Below, piece after piece: positions 1 to 9,085 of a stretch of DNA of 64,000 nucleotides. Source of the stretch: a virus; the IMG/VR virus record IMGVR_UViG_3300037420_001136, positions 27,891-91,890 of that record. One strand, given 5' to 3'. A program made the position numbers and the translations under genes. The stretch's first letter is position 1. Each line of letters begins with the position of its first letter. The notes below the pieces were generated by a model. It had not been told where the DNA came from. It did no database searches and saw nothing but the letters and a program-made list of their open reading frames with translations.

Positions 1-1302
1 CGCGTAGACGTCGCGGGCATAGAAGTGCAGCAGCGTATTCTCGTAGCTGCGGAGGACGAGGCTCGAAAGTTCATCAGAGATAAGACCGGCATCACAGTCG
101 GTAGCTGGGACAATGCTAATGAACTCTCTCGCATCTTCGACAAGCTCGGCATCAAGTACGGTCTTACCGAGAAAACCGAGCAGCCGAGTATCACTGCTGA
201 CTGGCTGCGCTCGCTACAGCACCCCGTCTCAGACGCTATTCTTCGTGGTCGTAAGACGAACAACATCAGATCCACCTTCCTAGAAAACAATCTCTTGAAC
301 TTGCAGGAAGGTGGACGCATCTTCCCGAACTTCAATCCTCTGAAGAAGGACGACGAGTCTGGCGGCGTTCTGGGCAAGGAGCTGAAGGCTGGCGTCAAGG
401 GCGCGCTGTCGGGCCGGTTCAGTTCCTCGCAGCCGAACTTCCAGAACTTTCCCTCTCCCGAGAAAGATCCTGAGCTCGGACTGATGGTTCGCAGCATGAT
501 CTTACCCGAGGAGGGTGAGTTCTGTCACGTCATGGACTACTCCTCGCAGGAGCCTCGCCTGACGGTTCACTTCGCCGAGGTCACCGGCTGTCACAAGGCG
601 TTCGAGATGGCCGAGCGCTTTAGGCAGAATCCTTACACCGACTTACACGACGAGACGCGCAAGAACGTGGCCTCGCTTCTTCAGGAGTGGTCTGATCCCA
701 AGTATCGCAAGAAGGCGAAGATAATTAATCTCGGCGTGGCCTACGGGATGGGTGGCGGAAAGCTGGCACTCTCCCTAGGTCTTCCGTACACCGAGGCCTC
801 CTTCATGAAGGGAGATCAGGAGTTTCAATATCTCAAGGCAGGCCCCGAGGCTCAGGAGCTGATGGCTGTCTTCGACGAGGCTGCGCCGTTCATCAAGCAG
901 CTCGCGCGAAAGGCCCAGAACGCAGTCAAGCAGAAGGGTTACATCAGGACGCCCATCGGACGACGATTCCGCTTCCCGAAGGAAGACGACGGTCGCACGT
1001 ACAAATTCCTGAACAAAGCTCTCAACCGACTTATTCAGGGCAGCGCCGCGGATATGACGAAGCTCGCGCTGCGGGACATGTATCGGGAGGGTATTCTTCC
1101 GATGGGAACCGTGCACGATGAAATTGACATCAGCTCCGCCTCTGTGAAGGAAGTTCATCGCGTGCAGGAAATCATGGAGACCGCGATGGAGCTGACGATT
1201 CCCATCAAGATCGACGTCGCGTCTGGCCGGAATTGGGGTGAGGCGTCCCAGGAGAAGGCCGGTGCAGAGAACTATAAGAAGTTTCTAGAAGGAGCACTAT
1301 AA
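1..1302 (+). CDS. polA: DNA polymerase, family A (C-terminal part; runs off the window start)
   Basis: Motifs SGRFSSSQPNFQN, DYSSQEPR (motif A), KAKIINLGVAYGMG (motif B), NRLIQGSAAD, VHDEI (motif C); frame open from base 1. Confidence 0.95.
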   Translation, partial: RVDVAGIEVQQRILVAAEDEARKFIRDKTGITVGSWDNANELSRIFDKLGIKYGLTEKTEQPSITADWLRSLQHPVSDAILRGRKTNNIRSTFLENNLLNLQEGGRIFPNFNPLKKDDESGGVLGKELKAGVKGALSGRFSSSQPNFQNFPSPEKDPELGLMVRSMILPEEGEFCHVMDYSSQEPRLTVHFAEVTGCHKAFEMAERFRQNPYTDLHDETRKNVASLLQEWSDPKYRKKAKIINLGVAYGMGGGKLALSLGLPYTEASFMKGDQEFQYLKAGPEAQELMAVFDEAAPFIKQLARKAQNAVKQKGYIRTPIGRRFRFPKEDDGRTYKFLNKALNRLIQGSAADMTKLALRDMYREGILPMGTVHDEIDISSASVKEVHRVQEIMETAMELTIPIKIDVASGRNWGEASQEKAGAENYKKFLEGAL

Positions 1303-1793
1303 TGGCTGAGTCTGGTATCGTTCCCGGAGAGGGAATTCTCTCGGAAGAGTATCGCTACGAGGATCTGTCAGTCTTTCCCGTCAACATCACTCCGTTGCGC
1401 GAGGGTGTGATAATTCCGAAGAAGGGGTCTATTCAGGCGGCGGGCTACGACTTAGTCGCCGTTGAAGATGTGACGATTCATGTTGGCGAGATCACGAAGA
1501 TCCCACTCGGCTTTGCGACCGCTCTGCATCCCGACATTCACTGCCGAATCGAGTCCCGCTCCGGCATGGCTCTCAAGGGTGCCGTCGTCGTCACTGGAGT
1601 GATAGACGCAGACTATCGCGGCGAGTGGAATGTAATCATGATCAATCTCGGCAAGAGTGTGTTGAATATTGCCAAGGGAGACCGCGTGGCCCAAGCTGTG
1701 TTTAGGCCCACGGTGCGGGCGCATTTTGAGCCTACGGTAGAGCTCTCAGAAACTCGCAGGGGCGTCGGTGGCTTTGGTAGCACAGGCAGGTGA
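1302..1793 (+). CDS. dut: dUTPase (trimeric type)
   Basis: AAGYDL, SRSGMA, GVIDADYRGE, GDRVAQ, RGVGGFGSTG motifs. Confidence 0.97.
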   Translation: MAESGIVPGEGILSEEYRYEDLSVFPVNITPLREGVIIPKKGSIQAAGYDLVAVEDVTIHVGEITKIPLGFATALHPDIHCRIESRSGMALKGAVVVTGVIDADYRGEWNVIMINLGKSVLNIAKGDRVAQAVFRPTVRAHFEPTVELSETRRGVGGFGSTGR

Positions 1794-1839
1794 GGTTTGC
1801 GCCGCCTGTTAGCTTAGGAGCGCTTAGAAAGGGCTTGAT

Positions 1840-2700
1840 GTGCAGCGACCTGCTCTCGTAGTAGACGGACTCTCCGTCTTCCACTCCACCGCTGGACCAG
1901 CGGCGAGATTGACGAATGGCTATACGTACTCGTTCGTCGTCTCTCTGACCTCAGCAGTCAAGAAATTCGGCCCCAAGGGAATCTTTGTCTGCTGGGATCG
2001 CAAGTCGAAGAAGCGACTAGAGCTTCATCCTGGATACAAGGCCGACCGCCCCTCCTCTATGAACGAGGACAAGGCGAAGATGATGGAGGACGTGAAGCGT
2101 TTCCTTCGCGTCATCGGTGCTGATCAGGTGTGGGCCGAGGACCACGAGGCTGACGACGTCGGAGCCATGCTGGCGAACACACTCGGCGTAGCGATTCTGG
2201 TCAGTAATGACAAGGACTGGCTGCAACTCGTACGTGATGGAGTCTCCGTCTACACGCGATGCCAGATCGCAGGACGCAAGGCCGAGAAGAAGCTCGTCAC
2301 GACGCACAACTTCGCGGAACTCACTGGATGGAATAGTCCTGAGCACCTAGTTCAAGGTCTCTGCGCGATGGGCGACGGAGTTGACAGAATCAACGGTCTC
2401 GAGGGCGTCGGCGAGATCACCGTGAAGAAGTACCTTCTTGGTATGTCAGTCGGACCTGTTCTTCAGGAACGACTCGAGACTTTCTTCGCCGGAGACCCTC
2501 TGTACGTCAGAAACCGTAAGCTGATTGAACTTCGGGACGTTAAGGAGATTCCTAACCTACAGGCGGACTGCGGTCGGTTTGACGAGCGATCAGTAAAGAG
2601 CTTGCTCGAGGAACTAGGCTTTGCTAGTATGCTTAAGAATTTCCCCGAGTGGGTGCGACCCTATAAGGAGGCTTATGCAGACATTTCTACCCTTTCGTAG
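1840..2700 (+). CDS. 5'-3' exonuclease / flap endonuclease (PolI N-terminal-like)
   Basis: VVDG, YKADR, EADD, SNDKDWLQL, GDGVDRINGLEGVG motifs. Confidence 0.9.
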   Translation: MQRPALVVDGLSVFHSTAGPAARLTNGYTYSFVVSLTSAVKKFGPKGIFVCWDRKSKKRLELHPGYKADRPSSMNEDKAKMMEDVKRFLRVIGADQVWAEDHEADDVGAMLANTLGVAILVSNDKDWLQLVRDGVSVYTRCQIAGRKAEKKLVTTHNFAELTGWNSPEHLVQGLCAMGDGVDRINGLEGVGEITVKKYLLGMSVGPVLQERLETFFAGDPLYVRNRKLIELRDVKEIPNLQADCGRFDERSVKSLLEELGFASMLKNFPEWVRPYKEAYADISTLS

Positions 2701-3121
2701 CTTCACGGCCTCGGCGCAAGTCTTAGACTATCGTCGGCTCGGCAAGCAGCGCGTTGAGTGTAGGCAGCTCCTCAGCGCGCTTCACTACGAGATTCAGGAC
2801 GGGGTTCTCGTAGCGACCCCCGACAGTAAGGCCGGTTGGCAGAATCATCCCGCTGCGAAGATGTGGCGTGGCTACGAGATGGCTCTCGCCGAGTACCAGC
2901 TCGTCATGATCCAGGAATGGATTCAGCGGGGCTACAAGAATACGATACAGGCAATCAATCCATCACAAGTCGGCGACCACTACCCCGATCCACCTTGGCT
3001 CGGTGACGAGGCTTTTCACGCTAGCCATCGCAGCAATCTTCTCCGCAAAGACCCTAAGCACTACGGACAGTTCGGCTGGACGGAGTCTCCCGATCTCGAG
3101 TACGTGTGGCCGGTACCGTGA
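2675..3121 (+). CDS. Pyrimidine-dimer DNA glycosylase / endonuclease V-like (MSMEG_6728 family)
   Basis: MQTFLP..LDYRRLGKQRVE, HPAAKMWRGY, PPWLGDEAFHASHRSNLLRKDP; AGGAGG RBS before ATG 2675. Confidence 0.85.
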   Translation: MQTFLPFRSFTASAQVLDYRRLGKQRVECRQLLSALHYEIQDGVLVATPDSKAGWQNHPAAKMWRGYEMALAEYQLVMIQEWIQRGYKNTIQAINPSQVGDHYPDPPWLGDEAFHASHRSNLLRKDPKHYGQFGWTESPDLEYVWPVP

Positions 3122-4566
3122 ACGCTGTCGCAGAAGTATCCGCTCCCTCGGCTGTGCGCGAGCTAACGTACGAAGATCTCAATGATCAGCAGAAGGCTGC
3201 GGTCGACGACATCGTTCGTGCGGTGCAGGCCGGACGCTGCGCCGAGGTTCCCTACATTCTTCAGGGCTACGCCGGAACTGGGAAGACTACTCTTCTTCGC
3301 ATTCTTATGCAGCGCCTTAGAATCCCGCTGTCTCGCATAGCTCTCTGCGCTCCGACAAATCGCGCCGCGAAGGTTCTCGCCAACAAGACTGGTCTCTTCA
3401 CCCAGACCATTCACAAACTGATCTACATCACGGTGTCGGAAGAGATTAACTTCCAGCGCGAGCGTCTGCGAATGTGGGAGGAGGCCAAGAGCTTCAACCA
3501 ACTCAGCGAGGCTCTCATTGTTCAGTCTGGGCAAGATCTTCGTCAGGAGTACGACGAGCTCCTTGAGCGTGACGGTCTGGCCTTCGACGAGCAGGAGTTC
3601 AAGACCTTCTGCTCCGAGCGCGAGGAAACCATCCTGAAGTTCGAGGGCTTGGAGCTGCCTGCCGATCCTCTCGCCAGACAAGACGTCTTCGACAAGATCA
3701 AGGCTGAGCGCATGACTCAGCACAAGCAGAATATTCGTGATCTGATGGCCGAGGATCTGCCGGTTCGCAAGAAGGAGCCGATGGAGCTCATCGAGAAGTA
3801 CTCGCTCATCATGGTGGACGAGTCCTCTATGGTCAACGAGGCCATCGGCAAGGACATTATGTCGTTCGGCATACCCGTCATCATGGTCGGTGATCCCTTC
3901 CAGCTTCCGCCTGTGAAGGCCAAGCCGTTCTGGCACAATCTCAAGCCGCAGACCGTCTTGACTCGCATCGAGCGGCAGAAGGGCGTCGGCGCGGGAATTC
4001 CTCTGGCTGGCGAGAAGCTTCGCAAGGGAGGCCAGATTGCTCGAAACGAATCCCTCTCAATCCATCCTCGCAATACGCTCGCCGACTCTGCTTGGGTGGA
4101 GACTGACCAAATTATCTGCGGAACGCACAAGACGAGAGAACGTCTATGTCGTTTCGTGCGAAATAAGCTGGGTCACAGCACAGCCCATCCGCAAGCTGGC
4201 GAAAAGATCGTAGCGGTCTTCAACGACAAGAAGCGCGGTATTATGAACGGTGAGCTCTACACCGTTCGTCGCAGCGAACTGACCCGTTCTGGCACAGTCA
4301 CTCGAATGGACATTGAGGATCCCTATGGTCGTGTCATCAATAACGTGGACGCCTGGACTCGTGGCTTCAGTGGACGTTCGCAGACTGATTTCCTCGATGA
4401 TCAGTTCGGTAAGTTCTGGTGGGGCTACGCGATTACCTGCCATCAGTCCCAAGGCTCCGAGTGGAAGCAGATTATCGTCTGCGACGACTGGCCGGGAGAC
4501 GGTCACGACCGTTGGCTATACACAGCCATCACGCGAGCCTCTCACCACTGCGACTTAGTGAGGTAG
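3118..4566 (+). CDS. SF1B helicase (RecD/Dda-like)
   Basis: Walker A GYAGTGKT, APTNRAA, TIHKLIY, VDESSM, GDPFQLPPV, YAITCHQSQGSEW, LYTAITRA. Confidence 0.92.
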   Translation: MNAVAEVSAPSAVRELTYEDLNDQQKAAVDDIVRAVQAGRCAEVPYILQGYAGTGKTTLLRILMQRLRIPLSRIALCAPTNRAAKVLANKTGLFTQTIHKLIYITVSEEINFQRERLRMWEEAKSFNQLSEALIVQSGQDLRQEYDELLERDGLAFDEQEFKTFCSEREETILKFEGLELPADPLARQDVFDKIKAERMTQHKQNIRDLMAEDLPVRKKEPMELIEKYSLIMVDESSMVNEAIGKDIMSFGIPVIMVGDPFQLPPVKAKPFWHNLKPQTVLTRIERQKGVGAGIPLAGEKLRKGGQIARNESLSIHPRNTLADSAWVETDQIICGTHKTRERLCRFVRNKLGHSTAHPQAGEKIVAVFNDKKRGIMNGELYTVRRSELTRSGTVTRMDIEDPYGRVINNVDAWTRGFSGRSQTDFLDDQFGKFWWGYAITCHQSQGSEWKQIIVCDDWPGDGHDRWLYTAITRASHHCDLVR

Positions 4567-4567
4567 T

Positions 4568-4726
4568 ATGGACTATCGTGAACTTCTCGTAAAGTACATG
4601 GCTCACATAGGCGAACAGGAAGGAATCTACTTCCTCGGATATCTCGGCAAAGGATTCTCCGAGGAAGAGAAAGCCGAGTTGCAAAAGCTCTCTAAGGAGG
4701 CAGACGAATGGCCGCAGACGTACTGA
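4568..4726 (+). CDS. Small hypothetical protein (52 aa, MDYRELLVKY...)
   Basis: Read by hand; fills the gap after the helicase; GAGG RBS. Confidence 0.55.
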   Translation: MDYRELLVKYMAHIGEQEGIYFLGYLGKGFSEEEKAELQKLSKEADEWPQTY

Positions 4727-4965
4727 CCTTCACTGGTGAGACTAAGCTTCCCGTGCCGGTGGACAGAGTTCTGCGACAGGCGCTTGAGGAACACGAACAG
4801 AATCCCTTTGGTAGAGTAATCGTGATCGCCATCTACGAGGATGGTATGAATGAATATTATGCTGCGAGCGAGTCTGACGCTAGTACGCACGTCTGGGATA
4901 TGCAACGATTCACACGTTATCTTCACGCGAGGGCAGATGAGCGACTTATTCCCAGTAGCGACTGA
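4708..4965 (+). CDS. Hypothetical protein
   Basis: AAGGAGG RBS; operon context. Confidence 0.6.
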   Translation: MAADVLTFTGETKLPVPVDRVLRQALEEHEQNPFGRVIVIAIYEDGMNEYYAASESDASTHVWDMQRFTRYLHARADERLIPSSD

Positions 4966-5485
4966 GTATTCTCCGTACGCGGGCATCGGTAGTCGAGAGA
5001 CTCCCGAGAGTATTCAGGGGCTGATGCGCGGCATCGCTCTGTACCTGTACGAGAGGGGCTACACTCTTCGGAGCGGCGGAGCTGAGGGAGCGGATACCGC
5101 TTTCGAGCTGGGAACTCCCGTGATGTCCCTAATGGAGATCTTTCTGCCGTGGGACGGCTTCAACGGAAAGCGAATGACGATTCCCGAGAAGAACCTAGCT
5201 CTTGGCGAGGCTCGCAGTCTGGCCGAGAAATATCACCCGAATTGGGCCGCGTGTTCCGAGGGTGCGAAGAAGATGCACATTCGCAACACCTTCCAAGTCC
5301 TCGGTGCTGATTGTCACTCGACGGTGAAGTTTGTAGTCTGCTGGACGAAGGATGGGAAGTCCTCCGGCGGAACAGGTCAGGCGCTGCGCATCGCTGAGGA
5401 TAGGAAGATTCCCATCTACAATCTTCACGATCAGTCGACGCGAGGCATGTTCTACGAACTGCTGGGCTGGGAGCACAATGTTTAG
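4937..5485 (+). CDS. DprA/SLOG-family (Rossmann-like) protein
   Basis: YAGIGSRETP, LRSGGAEGAD.AFE, SGGTGQALRIA motifs. Confidence 0.8.
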   Translation: MSDLFPVATEYSPYAGIGSRETPESIQGLMRGIALYLYERGYTLRSGGAEGADTAFELGTPVMSLMEIFLPWDGFNGKRMTIPEKNLALGEARSLAEKYHPNWAACSEGAKKMHIRNTFQVLGADCHSTVKFVVCWTKDGKSSGGTGQALRIAEDRKIPIYNLHDQSTRGMFYELLGWEHNV

Positions 5486-5759
5486 AGATCAAGTGGCTTT
5501 CGTATGCGGAACGGCAGCTTCTGCGAGAGATATGCAGAAGCGACTTTACGAAACTTCTGACGACTACCGCGAAGGATCTCTATACATAGGATTCGTTCTG
5601 CAACGCTGGGAGGGTTTCAGATTTAAGATGATCGTGATCTCTTCCGAAGCTCGTCAGTTCATGGAATTCAAGATGCGAACTGATGATAAGAGGGAAGTTA
5701 TCGAGGCTCTGACTCGACGACTGGATCGAGGAGGCCAGATCATCTGGCAAGAGCTATGA
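5478..5759 (+). CDS. Hypothetical protein
   Basis: Overlapping start/stop in operon. Confidence 0.55.
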   Translation: MFRDQVAFVCGTAASARDMQKRLYETSDDYREGSLYIGFVLQRWEGFRFKMIVISSEARQFMEFKMRTDDKREVIEALTRRLDRGGQIIWQEL

Positions 5760-5953
5760 GGCGCTTCCGTCTCATAGCTCCTGGGAACCAGCTAGCCGGT
5801 TCCTTCGAGATAGACGGACCTCTAGAACACGCGACTCCTTCGTGGCGTGAGCTCGCCGAGGCGGCTGACACTGACAAGACGTTCACCTTCGAGATTAACG
5901 ACCAGCGCTGGACTGGCGTTGCTGTGAGAGAAGTCCCTGGATGCGGTTCCTGA
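5756..5953 (+). CDS. Hypothetical protein
   Basis: ATGA overlap with upstream gene. Confidence 0.55.
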   Translation: MRRFRLIAPGNQLAGSFEIDGPLEHATPSWRELAEAADTDKTFTFEINDQRWTGVAVREVPGCGS

Positions 5954-5964
5954 GCATTTTGTGC

Positions 5965-5993
5965 TTGCCGCGCGAGCAGCGCCGTGGCACCTA
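5965..5993 (+). promoter_or_regulatory. sigma70-like promoter with spacer GA, upstream of the structured RNA
   Basis: TTGCCG-cgcGA(17 bp)-CACCTA. Confidence 0.6.
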
Positions 5994-5999
5994 GGCCCT

Positions 6000-6460
6000 A
6001 GGCGGCGCTGGCAGAGCGCATCACAAGCCTCCCGATGTTTTCCTCGCGGACTTCTGACGGGAACTCGAATACTCTGCAAGAGAGCAAGGCATTGAAGTTT
6101 GAAGCGTGGACCTCGGTCACTCTCCTGTAACAGGGATTGAGCGTTTCTTACGGAGCCGCGATGGACAATGGCGAGGGTTTGGGAGCGCACTAGCTGCGCT
6201 CTGCAGAATAGTCCTCCGGAAGCTTCGGCTGAAGGAAATGCATCCTCCGCTCTCGAACCGGCCCTGGAGGGAAACTTCCGCGAAGCCTCGGCGACGCAGT
6301 AGGAAGCGGTACCTCTAGGGCCTTCTCTCTTCTTCTCTCGTCGTGTGTCTAGCCCCGCACATGACCACGATGGGAGGCCCGGGAGCTTTCCTCGTCCCGC
6401 GAGGAACTTGAGTGCAGGGATTCACTCTTGGCGCACAGTGTCGTAGCTCCCGCTTCCTCT
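6000..6460 (+). ncRNA. Candidate large structured non-coding RNA
   Basis: No credible ORF; own promoter; nested helices 6027-33/6372-78, 6041-47/6171-77, 6183-89/6195-6201, 6260-70/6312-22, 6381-87/6445-51. Confidence 0.55.
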
Positions 6461-6472
6461 CTAAAATAAAAC

Positions 6473-6501
6473 TTGTCCAGCGAGCTGTGCTGAGCTAGAG
6501 C
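6473..6501 (+). promoter_or_regulatory. sigma70-like promoter with spacer GA (exonuclease-terminase operon)
   Basis: TTGTCC-agcGA(17)-TAGAGC. Confidence 0.6.
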
Positions 6502-6540
6502 TCACTAGTCTAGACTGATCAGACTAGGAAGAGAGTACTC

Positions 6541-7098
6541 ATGCTCGCGTGTCTGTTTGACACCGAAACCACCGGCATCTACGACTATCGCGCTCCGGCT
6601 GGGGCCGATCATCAGCCGGACGTAGTCCAGCTCTGTGCTATGCTCTGCGATAAGGAGAGAATCTACAGCGCAGTCAATTTGTTCATTCACGCCGACACCG
6701 AGATTCCCGACGCCGCGTACGAAGTTCATCGCATCGATCGCGCTCTGACCGCGCGAGTTGGAGTAAGCCGTCTCCGCGCCTGTCAGCTCCTGGACAGCAT
6801 GGCCGCGAAGGCGGACGAGCTGGTTGGTCACAACATCGACTTTGACGTCAATATGATGATGACCGCCATGATGCGCGAGGGCGGAAAGGGAGCTAATCTC
6901 AAGAAGCCTCGGTTCTGCACCATGAAGTCGGCGGTGGAGCACTGCAAGCTTCCCAATCCGAAGCGTCCTGGAACCTACAAGTGGCCCTCTCTTCAGGAGG
7001 CTTACCAGATCTTGGTAGACTCCAAGGGCTTCTCCGGCGCTCACGACGCTATGGCCGATGCGAGAGCAACGTATGAGCTCTACCGCATTCTCCGTTAA
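6541..7098 (+). CDS. DEDDh 3'-5' exonuclease (DnaQ-like)
   Basis: FDTETTG, VHRI, VGHNIDFD, AHDAMAD motifs. Confidence 0.9.
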   Translation: MLACLFDTETTGIYDYRAPAGADHQPDVVQLCAMLCDKERIYSAVNLFIHADTEIPDAAYEVHRIDRALTARVGVSRLRACQLLDSMAAKADELVGHNIDFDVNMMMTAMMREGGKGANLKKPRFCTMKSAVEHCKLPNPKRPGTYKWPSLQEAYQILVDSKGFSGAHDAMADARATYELYRILR

Positions 7099-7582
7099 CG
7101 AACTTACCGAGGAGCTTGCTCTTCAGGTCGCCGAGGCCTTCGTTCTGTGTGACCGAGATCCTACGCGCATGGCGCGAAAGCTCGGCGTAGATCGCTTCGA
7201 TCTCAATATCGTCATGCATCCGATGGTGAGGAGCTACATCGTCAAGATGGAGCGGATGACTGTCGTCAGCTGCACGCTGGAAGATCACATGAAGCAGCTC
7301 GCGAAGATTCGTGACGCGGCAATGGATGACGAGAACTACAAGGTTGCTCTGGCAGCCGAGACGCAGCGAGGAAAGGCGGCGGGACACTACGACCCCAAGA
7401 AGCTGGATGATCCTGCTGACGACGGTAAGCCGATTGACGCCACCAAACTCTCCAGCGAGGAGCTGAGGCGTCGTCTCGCTAAATTCATCGGGGCAAGCAT
7501 CACCGATCCGAATGCTCTTCCTCCTCCCGAGCCTGGATCTCTCGAGGGTCAGGCGGCGTTGGACGACGACGATCAGATATGA
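7073..7582 (+). CDS. Putative terminase small subunit
   Basis: Helical protein directly upstream of and overlapping TerL; AALAAE.QRGKAAG.Y segment. Confidence 0.6.
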   Translation: MSSTAFSVNELTEELALQVAEAFVLCDRDPTRMARKLGVDRFDLNIVMHPMVRSYIVKMERMTVVSCTLEDHMKQLAKIRDAAMDDENYKVALAAETQRGKAAGHYDPKKLDDPADDGKPIDATKLSSEELRRRLAKFIGASITDPNALPPPEPGSLEGQAALDDDDQI

Positions 7583-9015
7583 GCCTAGATGAAGAAGTCC
7601 TAATCCGAGAACTGCTTCGCCGCGAGGAGGCGAAGATCCACATGGAGAACTTCGTTCCCTATGTGACTGAAGGCATTCATACTCCGGCTCCGCATCACCT
7701 CATCGTCTGCCGTGCTCTTGACGCCGCTCTTCGCGGACAGAAGAAGCGTCTCATCATCGCGATGCCTCCGGCACACGCGAAGTCCGTCTACTCTTCTCAC
7801 AACTTTCCGGCCTTCTGGCTCGGCAACAAGCCGAAGGATAAGATCATCGCCGCCTCGCACACGCAGCCGTTCGCGGCTGAGATCGGTGCGAAGGTCAGGA
7901 ATCTCATCAACAACGAGATGTATCGGCGTCTGTTCGAGATTCAGATCAGTCCGGACACCCGAGCCAAGGACAGATGGGACACCACGGCTGGAGGCGAGTA
8001 CTACACCACCGGCGTCGGCGGAACTGTCGTCGGTCGCCGCGCGAACTTGATCTTGGTGGACGACCCGTACAAGTCCAAGCTGGTAGCCTACTCCGCCACT
8101 GAGAGGAAGAAGATCTCCGAGTGGTTCTTCGTCGACGTGGTTCCGCGACTTCTTCCCGGCGGTGTCATCGTCATCATCGCTACCCGCTGGCACGAGGATG
8201 ATCTCACCGGCGAGGTTCTGAAGAAGTCGGCTGCCGGAGAGATTGAACCCTTCGAACTGATTAGCCTTCCGGCGCTGTGCGAGGATCCCACCCTGCCGTT
8301 AGAGATGGAGCTTGGTCGCAAGTACGGCGATGCTCTGTGGCCGGACATGTATCCCTCGGACAAGCTCATGGAGATCAAGGGCGGTATGTCCGCCGACGGC
8401 AATCTCGACGAGTGGAACGCTCTGTATCAGCAGCATCCGCGTCCCGCCGAGACCGGCGAGGTCAAGGCCGACTGGTTCGAGTACTACGATCGTCTTCCCA
8501 CTGACGAGCCACTCATGAACGTGGTGTCGTGGGATACTGCCGGAACTGCTAACGAGCGCTCGGACTTCACGGTGGGTCTAGCCGCCGCTATGGGTCTCAA
8601 GAGCCGCCGCTTCTGGATGCGGGGAATGTATCGCAAGCAGGCAGAGTTTCACACTCTGATGCGCGACATTCCCTACTTCAACTATCAGCATCAGGCTCAC
8701 GCAGTTCTCATCGAGAACAAGGGCACCGGAACTTCGCTGATTCAGGTTCTTCGCAACTCTGGGCAGAACATCATCCCCATCGCGCCGCAGAAGCTCGGCG
8801 ACAAGGAGATGCGTTTTGAACTCGCTATTCCAGCGATGGAGGCCAAGCGTGTTCTTCTCCCGAAGCGGGCCGACTGGGTTCCTCAGTTCCTCGAGGAGCT
8901 CCTCACATTTCCCGCTGCTGTCCACGACGATATTCCCGACGCATTCTCACAAATGATTAACCACTTCTCGGAGAGAAATGTTCGGCGCGGGGTGCGGCCT
9001 CTCGTTGGGGCGTAA
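7579..9015 (+). CDS. terL: Terminase large subunit
   Basis: MPPAHAKS Walker A variant, ILVDDPYK, TRWHEDDL, ALYQQHP, SWDTA, HDDIPDA nuclease motif. Confidence 0.93.
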   Translation: MSLDEEVLIRELLRREEAKIHMENFVPYVTEGIHTPAPHHLIVCRALDAALRGQKKRLIIAMPPAHAKSVYSSHNFPAFWLGNKPKDKIIAASHTQPFAAEIGAKVRNLINNEMYRRLFEIQISPDTRAKDRWDTTAGGEYYTTGVGGTVVGRRANLILVDDPYKSKLVAYSATERKKISEWFFVDVVPRLLPGGVIVIIATRWHEDDLTGEVLKKSAAGEIEPFELISLPALCEDPTLPLEMELGRKYGDALWPDMYPSDKLMEIKGGMSADGNLDEWNALYQQHPRPAETGEVKADWFEYYDRLPTDEPLMNVVSWDTAGTANERSDFTVGLAAAMGLKSRRFWMRGMYRKQAEFHTLMRDIPYFNYQHQAHAVLIENKGTGTSLIQVLRNSGQNIIPIAPQKLGDKEMRFELAIPAMEAKRVLLPKRADWVPQFLEELLTFPAAVHDDIPDAFSQMINHFSERNVRRGVRPLVGA

Positions 9016-9019
9016 GTGC

Positions 9020-9049
9020 TTGTCTTTAGAGGGCAAAACCGGCTAGGCT
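9020..9049 (+). promoter_or_regulatory. sigma70-like promoter with spacer GA (nrdJ)
   Basis: TTGTCT-ttaGA(18)-TAGGCT. Confidence 0.6.
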
Positions 9050-9085
9050 GGTACCCTTGGCGAGCAAACAAGAGGAATTAGACGG

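Noticed and set aside
6381-6451. tRNA gene
   Set aside because: Cloverleaf-like but lacks D-loop GG, T-loop TTCRA and proper arm sizes; treated as part of the larger RNA
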